A stretch of DNA of 63,614 nucleotides, the filler included, from Bigelowiella natans CCMP2755 (taxonomy: Eukaryota; Protista; Cercozoa): the NCBI GenBank assembly GCA_000320545.1. It is 12 parts of 12 records of this genome, joined end to end, with 100 filler letters (N's around TTAATTAATTAA, not from the genome) between each part and the next. Parts side by side here need not be neighbours in the genome. Positions count along the whole stretch, not along the records: positions 15,231 to 25,517 come from ADNK01003275.1; positions 25,618 to 31,255 come from ADNK01002302.1; positions 31,356 to 32,441 come from ADNK01002307.1; positions 32,542 to 38,864 come from ADNK01000833.1; 8 more parts are not named here. One strand, written 5' to 3'. The notes beneath the pieces are model-generated. The model had not been told where the DNA came from. It saw only the letters and a program-made list of their open reading frames with translations, and searched no databases. Shown in pieces: positions 23,966 through 37,385 of this stretch. A program made the position numbers and the translations under genes. Within the stretch, counting starts at the first letter, position 1, and each line of letters begins with the position of its first letter.

Positions 23966-25258
23966 ATGGCCGCCATGCCCCTCGTGCTCGACAATGGGTC
24001 CCACGCAATCAAGGCTGGCTTGGCAGGTGAGGGGCAAAAGAGTCCTTCTCATGAAAATTGAAATATCTATCTATGTACATATGCTATTGTCTCCCTGCAA
24101 ACCTCCCTCATCTCATGAATTGCAGGGGAGAAGAAGCCCAGCCTGACCCTCAGCTCTGTAGTCGCGGAGTCCGAAAAGGTATTTTGTTCTTTCTCCGAGG
24201 GAGGAAGGGGATAGGCCTAGACAGAGATATATGACGTTACATATTTCTATCCGAAGAAGCCTATTCTCCCAAATATTGCTTCTTCTTCTTCTCCTTCCCA
24301 GCCCAGCTTAAAAGCTTGGGCAGGAAGACTTACCCCATCCGCCATCGCCGTCCTTCTAATTCACTGCCACTTCCATGTTTGCCCCATCGAGAAGGGAACC
24401 GCAGAGGAAAAGCAACTCGGGAGAAAGAAGAAGAAAAAGAAACGTTATGTGTGCGGGCATCAGGCCCTATTGCAGCAAAAGGAGCTTGATCTGAAGGTAG
24501 TAATACAGTGATTATTATTTTAAGTGCTGCTTTATAACAACGTACGTATATTACACTATCACTGCTCAGCATATCATCATATCTACCATCATCACTAACA
24601 ACTACAACCATTATCAGCTGGAATATCCGATCCAGCGTGGCTTAGTTCATAACATGGAGCAGACGGAAGCTCTATGGATGAAGTGCTTTCGAAATGTCAA
24701 TTCTACCACAAAGATTCATTATTTCATTGCTCTATCTCTCCCCATTTCTCTCTTTGTGCTACATTTTCTGTCTATATATTCATTTGGTACTGCTGCTGCT
24801 GCTCTTATTACAGTATGAAGTGCGTCCACAAGAGACGTCGTTGCTGCTAGGCCTCCGTCCGCTAACACCGAAAATTGACAAGCAAAAGGTGTGTAAGGAG
24901 GTGGGGCTGGGCGGATATTTTCTTTTTCGCTGACTTTAAAGTGTCGTGGTAAGAGAAGCTATGTGTGTGTGTGTGTGTGTATCTTTTTCCTTGATTTTAA
25001 CAGAGTAGTGTTTATGGTGTATGCTGCATGAGTGTGAATGTTGTGTGATTGAGTGATGTTCCTTTACCTCCGTTTTACCAGCTCTGGTAAACTGACAACA
25101 TCATTAAGTCGGTGATTTCCTCTCTTAGTTATTATTTCGTTATTATGCGTAGATTGCACAAATGCTCTTCGAGTCGATCGGGGTAGCAGGAGCATACGTT
25201 AGCGATCATTGTCTTCTGGCAATGTATTCGTTGGGAAGAATGAATGGCGTTGTGATGG
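23966..25258 (+). CDS. Divergent actin-like/actin-related protein, 5' part
   Basis: MAAMPLVLDNGSHAIKAGLA/GEKKPS.., LEYPIQRGLVHNMEQTEALW, KQK/IAQMLFESIGVAGAY..LLAMYSLGRMNGVVM: actin-fold phosphate-1 loop and the following motifs. Confidence 0.88.
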
Positions 25259-25617
25259 GTGTGTACTAGACATTAACCCCTTCTTTCTCTATCCTTTTCT
25301 CTTCCGTACCTCATCACGCCAGTATCTCCTATCTATATCACGCGATTGATTGAGAGGGGGGTAGCAGTCAGTAATGGAAGAGAGTTAAAAAGCGGGAGGC
25401 AAACACGAGAAGAAGCAAGAACGAGGAGGAGGATGAGAGGAAGGAGAGTGTCAAGCTCTCCCTTTTTTTTACATGGCATGGTTGTTATGATTGGTTTCGT
25501 GGTGAATGCTGCTGGTGNNNNNNNNNNNNNNNNNNNNNNNNNNNNNNNNNNNNNNNNNNNNTTAATTAATTAANNNNNNNNNNNNNNNNNNNNNNNNNNN
25601 NNNNNNNNNNNNNNNNN

Positions 25618-25676
<59 letters not shown>

Positions 25677-25780
25677 AGAGAGGGAGAGAGAGCGCGCGAG
25701 TGCATTTATAGAATCTCACACACACGAGAATGAGAGAGCCCCCCCCCCACCCACCCACACATAGATGTGGTGATATATAA

Positions 25781-25852
<72 letters not shown>

Positions 25853-25985
25853 ATACGCACACATGCCACATAAAGGTTCTCATATCACATCACAACTACA
25901 TGTCGCTGACAGTTGGCCGACCTCATTCATTCACGAATCTTCGTCATTCTAACAATACAATCGATCGCTTTCTTCCCCTACAACA

Positions 25986-26030
<45 letters not shown>

Positions 26031-26354
26031 TCCTTCTCTCTCTTACAAACTCATTAATACATTCGAAAAAACATATCATTGGTGCCGATGGCCATCACCA
26101 TCACCAAGTACGCCTCCTCACCACTACTACTAATACTAATACTACTGCTACTAATACTACTACTGAGCTCTCTTTTTCTTCTTCTTCTTCTTCTTGTTCT
26201 TCTTCTTGTTCTTCTTGTTCTTCGTCGTCTTGTTTATCTAGTGCAAGCTGCGTTTGTACTTCAATTGGTGGCAGTAGAGCTACGACTGTACTACAACAAC
26301 AACTACTACTACAACTACTACTACTACTGCTACTACTACATCTACAACTACTAC

Positions 26355-26433
26355 TTGTGATTTCAGATAAAGCTTCATCGGGGCCTGAAGGAAAGCATCA
26401 GGTATAAACACCAGCTTATGGTAAAGCAAGCTC

Positions 26434-26475
<42 letters not shown>

Positions 26476-26483
26476 AGAGAGGG

Positions 26484-26525
<42 letters not shown>

Positions 26526-27097
26526 AAAAGAGAGCAAAGCAATAATGATCTTACAAAAATATATAAGATGTATATACACACGCTTGCTTGCTTGGTTGCA
26601 CACAGATATACCCAGGACGGTTTATAGGGGTTAGGCTTCGATATCGTTCCGATGCAGTTCAACTCCCCTATGGCAATGGGTATTGTACAAGGAAAAGAAG
26701 AAGGACAGTTTAAATCCCCTGTGCCAATCAGCTAGCTGGTCAGTATTGATTGTACAAGGAAAAGAAGAAGAATGGAGGAAAAAAAAAAAAAAAAAAAAAA
26801 AACCAACAACGAAGGAGCTTCCTCTGTTCTCTTGTCGTTGTTGTGATCATGCTTATACTACTAGGAAGGTGCTGTGCTAGTATCTCTGGCTTGCTATCTT
26901 TCTACAACTCAAATTTGAATAATGCTACCAACCGTCAGTGACGAGGTAGAGCTGCTTTGCCTTCGATCTACACACACACACACACAAACGAACATAGAGG
27001 CAGCATTAATTTCGCAGCACAGCTTTGTTCCAAGTCTACATGCTATATTTCCACGCCTTACCATTTGTCTTTCCTACACACTTTTACGAGTCAATTA

Positions 27098-27129
<32 letters not shown>

Positions 27130-27248
27130 GCCCTACTACATTTCTACTTCGGAATCAAGTCGAATTGAGGATTTCCATACTTGCATTTATTGCACACTAA
27201 AACGCCTGATGAGGAAGAGACAGAGAATATTAGAAACTACACACACAT

Positions 27249-27293
<45 letters not shown>

Positions 27294-28535
27294 GATGACT
27301 CTTAGCAACGAACAAAACACTCATCGTTTCACCTCCTCCTCCTCCTCCTCCTCCTACTACTACTACCGAATGATGCATGCCACTCCTTGTTAAAATTTCT
27401 CTTTCCACATTTGCAGCAACGCTTGATGATACTTCCCTGAAATAAGCAAACGATGATGGGGAAGAGAGACAGACGGCAACGAATGGACGAAATCGAGAGG
27501 AGATGGTAATATAAGGAAATAGTAATCACTAATAATTTAGAACGCATTTGTCATAAAAAATCGGTTTTAGTATCGCTACTATCTATCCTCCTTCTCATCG
27601 TCGTCTACAACCTCAATATGATCGCTTCCTATTTTGCCATCAGCAGCATCTTGGGCTACCCCCCCCCCCCTGGCCCCTCCTCCTCCTCCCCCTTCTTTTC
27701 CTTCTTTACGTTTCTTGGCGGCAGCATCTTCTGCGACGAAACCCCCAGCTCCCCTCCCTACCCCCCCCTCATTCATTAACAGCGCACCACCAAAGGACAT
27801 TCTTCGTGCCTCCTCAGCCTCCTGGAGAATCGCACTGTGATTGGTTTCTGCAACTTGAGAAGAAGTGGCTCCTTCTTTTAAACTGTCCGCTGCGTGTTGT
27901 TCCCGCTCTCTACCACGATGATATTCATCCCCGGGGCCTCCTACTTCTCTGGGACTTCCTTTCTTCTCGTCGCCCTTTGCTTCGTTTTCTTCATCGTCGG
28001 TGAGGGTGCAGCAGAAACCGCCGCCTTCATCACTCTCATCATCTTCACCACCGTCGCTTTTAGCAGCAGGGACTTTTGCTGCTCCGATTTTGACTTCCCC
28101 ACCCTCATCATCTGTTAGGCCGCAAAGGTCACCATCGTCGCTCTCAACTCCCCTGGCCTCTTCTCCATTACCAGCAGCGGTCGTTTCCGTAGGCCCCGTC
28201 GCTGAGCCAATACCTCGATCTGCGCTGACCTGCATGCTGTCTGGCGAGTTCTTTACGACTCTCGTTTCAGAGTCGTTCGAAGCCTCCGCAGCAGCAGCAG
28301 CAGCAGCATCATCGTCATCAGCATTGTCGTCATCAGACACGCAAAACCCACCGCCTCCAAACTCCTCTTCACCATCCGAACTGTCTTGAACAGTACTATC
28401 AGCGCCTACGTTTCCCTCTGCAACTCCATAGCTTTCATCTCCAGCGGGCGAGGGAGACACAAACAGAGGGTGCTGATCCTCCTCGCCAGGAGAGATTTCC
28501 TCTTCCAATGGAAGGCCGGTGATGGGGTCTATCAT
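26355..28535 (-). CDS. XPA: DNA repair protein XPA/Rad14, 3' end missing
   Basis: Long acidic exon 1 (27612-28535) with GGGF motifs, then exons giving CCKC-x17-CNKC (XPA zinc finger), LIPKSKAKQLYLVTD, KPNPYKPSW and APMKLYLKSQ. Confidence 0.92.
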
Positions 28536-28812
28536 TTTTAGTCTGTAAACGGAACACCGGCCACGGGTTCTATCATCTATGCTCCAGAAGCTCGTGTCGA
28601 GTAGCTGTCATTCTCAAGAGGCAGAAGAAACACGTTTCGCCCCGTAGCCGCCCCTCCTTTTCCGTCCCGAAAACGAAGGACTGCCTGTGGCCTGTGGCAG
28701 CGAATTTGTCGATAGAGGACCAAGGCGATCTTTCTTCTGCGACACGAATTCGCGCCGTCTGCGATAAAGCGATTAACCCCGATCTTTTTTCTGCGACATG
28801 CGCGCGGTACAG

Positions 28813-28903
28813 GCAAATCCCGCTTACGCGGAGGCCTACAACAACCTGGGTGTGATGTTCCGCGACGAGGGAGATATCAAGCATTGTTTAAAGCACGATG
28901 AGG
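28813..28903 (+). pseudogene. Orphan exon encoding a SPINDLY last-TPR-like segment
   Basis: AG|ANPAYAEAYNNLGVMFRDEGDIKHCLKHDE|GT resembles plant SPY ANPTYAEAFNNLGVLYRDAGNI. It lies upstream of the SPY-like start. Confidence 0.6.
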
Positions 28904-29506
28904 GTAGATCTAGTCTAGATCTAGAATTGCTTGGATCATGCTGCTGAGAAGATTATATTAATCATGCGACATCGAATGAGGCAAGTCGCTATTCATAAAG
29001 AGCACCCATCTCCGAATTTAAAGGAGGAGCGACGAAGCCGGTTTTCCTTCAAAACTCTTTTGGCATGGCTACCAGGTCCATGATGTGGCCAGGCAGCAAG
29101 CGCTGAAGTGCCCTTGAAGGTTGGAAAAGATTCGCCAGCGACCACTATCTTCTTAGTAAATGAGCTTTCTTAACGATTGTCTCATTTTTGACATCGTAGC
29201 GACGTGAGTGCATGTGTGGAGAGTAGTTTAGTCCTACGGAAGCAACACAGAGAAAAGCCTTATCTCTCCCCCCTGTTCCCCCCCCTTCCTTTCCTCTCTT
29301 AATCTCTATGATCAGCTTATGAATGGTTTCCAAAGGCATTTGTTTGTCATCGATCAAAGCAGCTACAATGTCGCTGTGGAAATCATCTCCCCCTCCGCAA
29401 GAATATTAGTGAGCTCCGGAAGTTGTACATCCTACTCGAAATCGACAACGGCAGAGGTGATTTTCCGACCGCACGCTCGGACAAAAACCAAGCTCAGGCA
29501 CACATT

Positions 29507-30257
29507 ATGAAGAATAACTCCGGCGTTCGCCCCCCTTCCGCGAGAAAACGGGGTGGCAACGACGACGCTGGCAGTGAGCGACCAAACGCCAACCATGCCC
29601 ATCACAGCCTTGCGTCGAATGATTCTCGCAAAATAAATAACATTCACAGTGCTGCAACAGCAGCAAGAACTGTCAATCCATCATATACCTCTATCGGTAG
29701 CGATAGCGGCGGTAGCTTAGCTCACAGCGACATCAAAATCAACACCGAAGTTAACAATAAGTCTGCATCCTCTCCCATAGCCTTCCCCCGTCATGAAGCC
29801 CCCCCCCTCGTTGCATACAACACCTCGGCTGCAAAACAAGATAACCTCAATCAACCGTTCTTGAGGTTCAAAACCTCCAAGAAGCACCAGTTGGGTGGCG
29901 GATGGGGGATGGGCCAGAGTGTGAGCGGGTTGACAGGATCTCCTGATAAGAAGCTCCGCTCAGGCAGCTATTCCCTCAAAACGTGGTCTAAAAGGGAGAA
30001 GGTACGAGAAGGGAGGGGAACGGGAAACTATTCTCAATTGCAACTCCATTTCAAAATGGAGCGGGCTATGGCCGAGGACGGCGGCAGCAGCGTCGTTCAG
30101 AGAGCCGTGACGACGAGCAGCAGCGAGTCAAGCGATCTGACCCTCAAACGACTGCATGCGGAGGCGCGCGTCATGTTCATTGGGAATAGGTATTATGTGG
30201 TGTTGTCGTATCGTATAGTGGGGTGAAATTCGCCGGCAGCGATGATGATGATGGCGG

Positions 30258-30289
<32 letters not shown>

Positions 30290-30846
30290 GGGAGGATGAT
30301 CATGAGCGTGGTGGTTGGGGCTCCTGATTCTGGAAGACCGATGTTTGCGAGAGGGCTGGACTTCACGTTGGCTCTTTTCTTCTCCCTTCACCGCCGCTTC
30401 GGAAATAGGAGAAAGGAGACCAACACTTACAGACGACAATGACAATCTAAACCGCCATCCCCCCCCCCCTCCTACGACACAGGTACCTTGAGGCATTGCT
30501 GGTGTGGGATCGCGTGCTGGCCCTCCGACCACGTGACGTCGAGGCGTTGAATCAAAAGGGGATGTGCCTAATGCGGCTGGGTAGGGCACAGGAAGCTTTG
30601 AAATGCTACGAGCAAGTGCTATCTATAGACCCCCGGCACTGGAGTGCATATAACAATCGAGGGGTGATTCTGAAAGAGATGGGGGATCTCCAAGGCGCCA
30701 TTGGCGCCTATCGTCTCGCCCTTGAGTACGGTCCAGAGGAAGATAGCTCTGTGGCCAAGAGAAACGTAGCAATGGTCCTCACGGACATGGGAATCCAACT
30801 CCGATTAGCGGGGCACTTGCAGGCAGCCATGCAGCACTACAATGAG
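29507..30846 (+). CDS. SPY: SPINDLY-like TPR glycosyltransferase (O-fucosyltransferase/OGT family), 5' part
   Basis: Disordered N-terminal exon, then GNR/YLEALLVWDRVLALRPRDVEALNQKGMCL...VAMVLTDMGIQLRLAGHLQAAMQHYNE, matching SPY TPRs (LAIVLTDLGTSLKLAG). Catalytic domain not in the contig; start codon uncertain. Confidence 0.75.
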
Positions 30847-31355
30847 GTGAGATGGTGATTGGGATTGTGGTCGTGGTGGTGTTGTGGTGGGGGTGGTTGG
30901 GGGTTGTTGTTATGATGGTGATGGTGATGATTATGAATGGGTATAAATGATAATGGGAAAAAGCAAAATGAACTAAATCTGGCTTGCAAGCCAAGAACTC
31001 CAATTCGCTTTGCCACGCGACGAAATGCCCAGTCGTGGCTCCGTGGGGGGGGGGGGGGGGGGGCACCGATTGCTGCTTGCATGAGTGTATGGAGTGTGTC
31101 AAACAACAATGATAAAAAAGGGAGAATGGAGAAGTCGCCATTCTCTTACGTATTTGTCAGTATCACAATCGTACCACTAGCTACCAACGCTCTCCATGAT
31201 ATGATGAACCCCCACTTTGCTACAGATAACACAAGAATATTAATGCTATTGCTCCNNNNNNNNNNNNNNNNNNNNNNNNNNNNNNNNNNNNNNNNNNNNT
31301 TAATTAATTAANNNNNNNNNNNNNNNNNNNNNNNNNNNNNNNNNNNNNNNNNNNN

Positions 31356-31398
<43 letters not shown>

Positions 31399-31551
31399 TT
31401 TAGATGAAGACTTATTGCTATCATCGCCATCTTCCGGAGTTATTATTATTGTTGTTGATATTGTCGGCGTTCTTGTTCTTGTTCTTGTTCTTATTTTTGT
31501 TTTTGTTTTTGCTGTTCCCTCCAGTATTGAGTTCCCTGCATTGCCTCCACA

Positions 31552-32422
31552 GTTGCAACGAATGAGTAGGAAGAACCGGACGAACTCCGTCGCTTGTTTG
31601 TTCGACGAGAGCGACACGATGCTGGCCAGAAATTGGGAGCGGGACACGCTCAGGCACGCGAGATCCTACGTGCCTGGCAAAGAGCCTTTAGTCAAGATGT
31701 TTCCCGTGCGTAAAAATGCCGATCTGGCTGCGTGGAAGGGCCGAATCAAAGATGCGCAGACAATCAGAACAGCGAGCGGCGAAGTTAGGACTGCGAGGCC
31801 ATTCTTTGTCTTCATCGTGCCGAGGAGGTGCATGATTGATGACGATGAGAGAAAGATCATAGGCCACTTACGTCACGGTGGGGGAGGGAGGGGGGGGGGG
31901 TAGGAAGGCTTTGTGGGATGATCTTATTTATATCCATCGTTTTTGCAGGAATAACGAGCTAATCTACAACGCCATAAAGGTGGTAGTAGCAGCAGTAGGA
32001 CTAGTACTACTAGTACTAATACTAGTAGTAGTAGTTTAAGGGTGACCATCATCACCGTCATCATCACTACCATCAATATCATCGTCATCTAGTTATAGCT
32101 GACACTTCCGTCGGTATTGTTCTATGAAAGGAGTGTTGCTTCATGGAGCAAGGCGTGCTGTCGCAATGCGTCAAGGTGCTAGCTGCCCTCCCTCAAGAAT
32201 GCGCGTCGGAAACGCTGTCAAATCCTGTCCTTCGCCAACAGCTCAACCAATCTGCATTCGCCTTTCGATGCCACGGCCGTCTTGTGCGTCTCTCGCCCTC
32301 TCTTCTCATATGCCGACTCGTCGTTCTTGTCTTTGGATGTAATGGTAGGCCGAGAGCCTCAGTCCTGGAGGGAAATATGTTCCTGTGATCTGCAATACCC
32401 TGAAGCAAATGTACCTCAAGAT
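31552..32422 (+). CDS. Hypothetical protein, internal exons
   Basis: Several AG/GT-bounded open segments (NNELIYNAIK, LTLPSVLFYERSVASWSK, AESLSPGGKYVPVICNTLKQMYLKM); the frame of the first exon is ambiguous. Confidence 0.35.
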
Positions 32423-33999
32423 GGTAATCGATGACGATGCCNNNNNNNNNNNNNNNNNNNNNNNNNNNNNNNNNNNNNNNNNNNNTTAATTAATTAANNN
32501 NNNNNNNNNNNNNNNNNNNNNNNNNNNNNNNNNNNNNNNNNGAGGGGGGTGAAAAATTATGGATGGCCCTTCTCCATATACCTATCTATATATATACATA
32601 TATATTATATATATAAATATGTATACATAATGAGGTGCATGTAGTATATGGTATAGGATAGCACGTACTAAGAGACTGCTGGGGATCAGAACCACTATCC
32701 TCCAAAAAGTAATCCTCTGGAGGAACTATATGCCCCAGGGGAAGGTTGGGGGGGGGGGGGGGGGAGGACGAGCGGGCATTAGTTTTGACTAATAGAGAGC
32801 TTATTGCTAGGAAGTATCTATCAATGTGAATCATCATCATCATCATCATCATCATGTTCTTCTCTTTCTTCAGGCTGAAACTAATTCAGAATCAATTTTC
32901 CTCGCCCTCATCCTAGCTCACACACACTCGCGCACACACGCACACACACACACATGCGCACACATTTGTCGCTCTCCATTTCTGAAGCTCCTATTACTGC
33001 TACGAGTGCGTAGACTGCTAAGGTGGTTCTCTTCTAGTGTCACGAACTGTTGAATTCAGATAGCGAGCTCGTCCCGTGCGAAGTTACATCCTGAGTGTGT
33101 CGTTGCCATCCACGCAAGTGTGATTTCAGGAAAATTAAAAAAAATGGCCTCCAACCGCCCCTTCCTTCTCCCTGTCTTGATCTTTCCCTTCCTTCAACAC
33201 ACGCCGCCCAGACACTCTCACACTCACACCCTCATACACCCACACACTCACACGCGCACACGCTCACACGCTCATGGTATGCGAACAATCACCTCCCAAG
33301 CCCTCTGATCCTTTCCCGTCGATATAACCGGAAACTGCCTGCAGGAGGAGGAGGAGCGGGTAAAAGTGAGGTTGTGATGCTATATTCAGGCTAGTTAGAG
33401 CAACAAGATGCCATTGCGGCAAGTGAGGAAAAGAAGAAAGAGGCAAGAGACAGCCTACGAGCCTGTTGATGATGACACAACTACACATACACACACACAC
33501 ACACACACACAGAGAGAGAGAGGAGGAGAGAGGAGGGAGAGAACTCACCCTTTCCATAGCCGTTCGTTCCGACTCCAGGAGTGCCCCGGTCGGATCTTTC
33601 AGCGAAACTGAGAGTTCATTCTCTTTCGAACCCGTTCGCCCGAAAGTAAGAGTAGGTATAAATCGTGAGGTGTGCGAAGGGGCGGGCCGCGTGTGGGCCT
33701 TCGGGTGTATTGTTGGTACTCCATGCGTTCTGTGCAGAGGAGCCGGAACGACGTGTCCAGCATCACAGAAGACACATCTACGATATTCGTCGCACAAATC
33801 GCTATCTAAAAAAAGGGCATCGAAGAGCTGATATCCTGGGGAAAAATACCCCTAAGAACATCGGTAAATATCAGATGAAAAATTTCGAAACAGCTACTAA
33901 AAAGCGAGATGGCGAAATGCCCTCGAAAATTATTTCTGTGGATAATTTTTTACATATTTCTTCGATGAAAAAATACATTTTCGAGGCGATCCGGTTCTG

Positions 34000-35554
34000 A
34001 TGAAGAGGAAGAGCTTGGGGGAGCAGGAGGAGGGGGGAACGGCAAGGCGGCGGCGGCGGCCCCAGGGGAGGGGGCTAGAATATGAGCCAGAAAAAGTTCC
34101 GTTATTTCATTTCTCTGAGCTGCAGCATTCTTCTTCTGCATCCGCCATGAGCGGCGAGTGTGCTGACATGTCCGTTGTGTGCTTGTTTTCGTTGATTGTA
34201 GAGAGGGGGCAAAGCTCTTAATCCCGAGGAAGAAGCGGAAGAAGCGCCAAGCCGCCCCCTCCTCTTCGACATCGGAGCCAACTTGGGTCAGAGCTCGGAG
34301 GTTTTCCTATCGAGCGGCTACAGGGTTGGACTTTCCGAAATTTTTGGGAGTCGAGGAATGGACGTCTGCCGTGCAAGGACGCCACGTCCACTTTCTTTCC
34401 ACCAGCCAACCTCCTCTCCTCCTCTTTCTTGCTCCGAACTCTCAGGTTGTCGCCGTGGAGGCCAATCCAGAACTCACAGCTAGGATTGAATCACGGTTTG
34501 AACATAACCCCCCCCCTTCGGAAAAAAAAATGGAAATAATTACTGCGGGGGGGGGGAGGTGAAATTTATACGAGTGCCAACAGCCAATAACTATGTCCTC
34601 CCCGCCCCGCCCCGCCCCGCCCCCTCTCCATTTCCCCAAGGCTAAAGTCGTACATTGATGATGGCCGGCTGGTGGTTGAATGTGCGGCAATATGGAAAGA
34701 GGAGGAGGAGAGAACAGGGAGCAGAAGCGACTACGACACAAAGGGCGATGATCAGCTGCAGCACTGCAACACGGCAGACAACGGAGGAAACGATACCGGA
34801 ACGTCTTCTGACCAAATTGAAATCAAGGTCGCGTTAGCTTATGTTGCATATCGGATCATTGGTTTCACCAATTCCAGAAGTACATCCTGCTTCTTTCCCC
34901 GCCCCTTCCTCCACGTCACCCCCATTGAGTTTTGTGGTCGACAGGACGGGAGGATAGCCCTCTTTGTCAACAGCGAGGATTGCGAGTGGGCCAGCGTATA
35001 CGAATCGTAATACACAAAAAATCCGTCTTCCCATTCTTCGTTCTTAGTAGGTCATGCTGACGCTTGACCCTTGCCTTTTGTTGTTGTTGTTGTTGTTGTT
35101 TCCAACATCATCAACCGGCCTCTTCGTACAATATCCAATCAAGCATTGGAGGGCGCTTCAACACGAGCTACACCAAGATTTCCGTCCAAGTTAGTTCAAT
35201 ATATTTCTTGTCCCCTTTCTTAATCCCCTCCCCCCCCCCTCTCCCGCCCTCGTGATCGGCTTCTCAACCCTGCTTTCGGCTCAGATGACGACGATGCGTG
35301 AGCTCTATGAGAAGTACGGAAATCCTGATTACGTGAAGATCGATATAGAGGGAGCAGATGGCGTGTGCCTTGACCAGTTGGCTGCTTTAATACTCACCAA
35401 GAGCAGCAGCAAGAGCAGCAGCAGAAGCAATGCCAGGTTGCCAAAGTACCTAAGCTTTGAGTGCAACTCTCTCGCGTGGATCGACAAGGTAGCAGCATTT
35501 ATCTTCCTCCTCCTCCTCCTCCTCTTTCTTCTCCTCACCCTCAACGACCACAAT

Positions 35555-35586
<32 letters not shown>

Positions 35587-37128
35587 CGTCTTCCTTCCTT
35601 CCTTTTACTTCGTCATAATTGACGAACAGGCAGTAGCCTTGGGATACCGCTGCTTCAAACTGGTGCTTACTTACACTAACTTACCCACTTACTTACCTAC
35701 TGCCGACCTCTCTCTCTTGCGAATAATGCCGCGTTGCTGTCTCTTCCAATCGTTTCAATCGTTTCTTCCGCTTTTCAATAACAAGAAGAAGAAGAAGAAG
35801 AAAAAGGAGCAGCAGCGAATTGTGAGGAGTCTGTCGCAGAGCAGATAGATGCTGCTGCTGCTGCTGCTGCTGCTGCTGTAATATGAATTCTCGTCCTCCT
35901 GTATGAGAAGTGACATGGCAGTGGTAGGCACGGCGTTTGCCTGCAAGCCGAGTCGCGGAGAGCGAAGCACATCCCACAGTGCTGCCCCGTCCTCCATTTT
36001 GGACGGGGTGGCCTTCCATTCTCAAAATCCCCTTCCATGCCCCCCCCCTGAATCGTTGGAGAAGAAACGTCAGCAATGCGCTGCGAAACACCGTTGTGCA
36101 ACACACGCTCCCTCTTGGCCCCCTCCACCACCCTTCCATCAGGTTCCGCAGGCAAAATTCATGTGCGATGAAGGAGGAGGAGGGGGAGGAGGAGGAGGCG
36201 ACGACAAAACAGGTGGGGAGGGCTGGGGATGGAGAGTTTGACGTATGACGACGTGGGGAGGAGGATATAGACATCTCCAGAGCGACAAGCATGCAAACAG
36301 TATTTCGCACAAGTATAAATATGGTGATATATGCACATTTCACCCCAGATTTGAAATGGCGGCATCGCTTGTGGCACAGTGGACCTCCAGCGGTCTGATA
36401 TCGTCAACCATATACTGTGCAAGATTCATATGTTAAATATTACATGTATATACAAATATTATAATATGCACATGTGTATTCACCGTCGATAGGAGGAGTC
36501 GCTTGGAGTGGATGGGACCCGTACATGGCGCAGTGCCGAGTTCGTCAAAACACAGATTAGGAGTCGATTTTGCATTCATTCGGAAGGTCCGTTGCAGTAG
36601 GGGAAAGTGACATCTGCGAGAGTGTTAATGTGTGTGTGTGTGTGTGTGCGCGCGCGCGCGCGTGTGCGTGTCGGTATGTGGCGAATATATGTCCCGTTGC
36701 TCATGACGGCTGCTGCTTACCCTCCTCTCAGGAGAAGTCGGGTATTTTTTGAAGGGCCCAAGGCCGTTTGTGGAGCACGACTTCGCGGTAGCAGCTTGAC
36801 AGCAGACATTTATTGACAACGCGCGTGCAAATATATATATATAGGGGAGCGGAGATGTACGCTTTATTTGGCGGCACGCCTTAACAAACAGCTTTAGCGA
36901 ATGAGAGACTGTATGTGAGTGATGAGAAGGTGTAGTAGGAAGAAGAATGCCTACATTTGATGATTTCCTCTTATTTGAACGCATGCATGGGACAGCAGAC
37001 ACATCATAGCTCACGCAATGGATCTACCTCCTCAGGTATTACAATCAAGCTTCCCGATCGAGAGTAAAGACGAAGAGCAGTGGTATGACGTGCATGCAAA
37101 GCTCCATGATGGTAATGACGATAAATGA
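34000..37128 (+). CDS. FkbM-family SAM-dependent methyltransferase
   Basis: LLFDIGANLGQSSEVFLSSGYR/VVAVEANPEL, YGNPDYVKIDIEGAD, PKYLSFE, LGYRCFKL and terminal WYDVHAK. Confidence 0.88.
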
Positions 37129-37352
37129 CGCAAAATACTATCTAGCCTAATCATGCAGCCTAAGCAAGATCGACTTCCGCCGTTGCGTCATTCGAGCGGT
37201 CGAGCAAACGCATGTAGCTAGGTATAGGGGCGCGCGCTGCTAGTGCGTCGCCGCAATATGAAACGGATATAATAAATACATTTAAGGCATTTGAGACGGA
37301 TGTAATGAAGTGATTAAATATTTTCAATGATAATCCTAATTAACGCATACGC

Positions 37353-37385
<33 letters not shown>

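Noticed and set aside
26367-26945. Plausible plus-strand exons (e.g. IYPGRFIGVRLRY)
   Set aside because: The minus strand of the same DNA encodes conserved XPA motifs.
32586-33797. Minus-strand ORF/exon fragments (MCDEYRRCVFC..., KDPTGALLESERTAMER)
   Set aside because: Probably genic, but I could not assemble a consistent frame or recognise a family.
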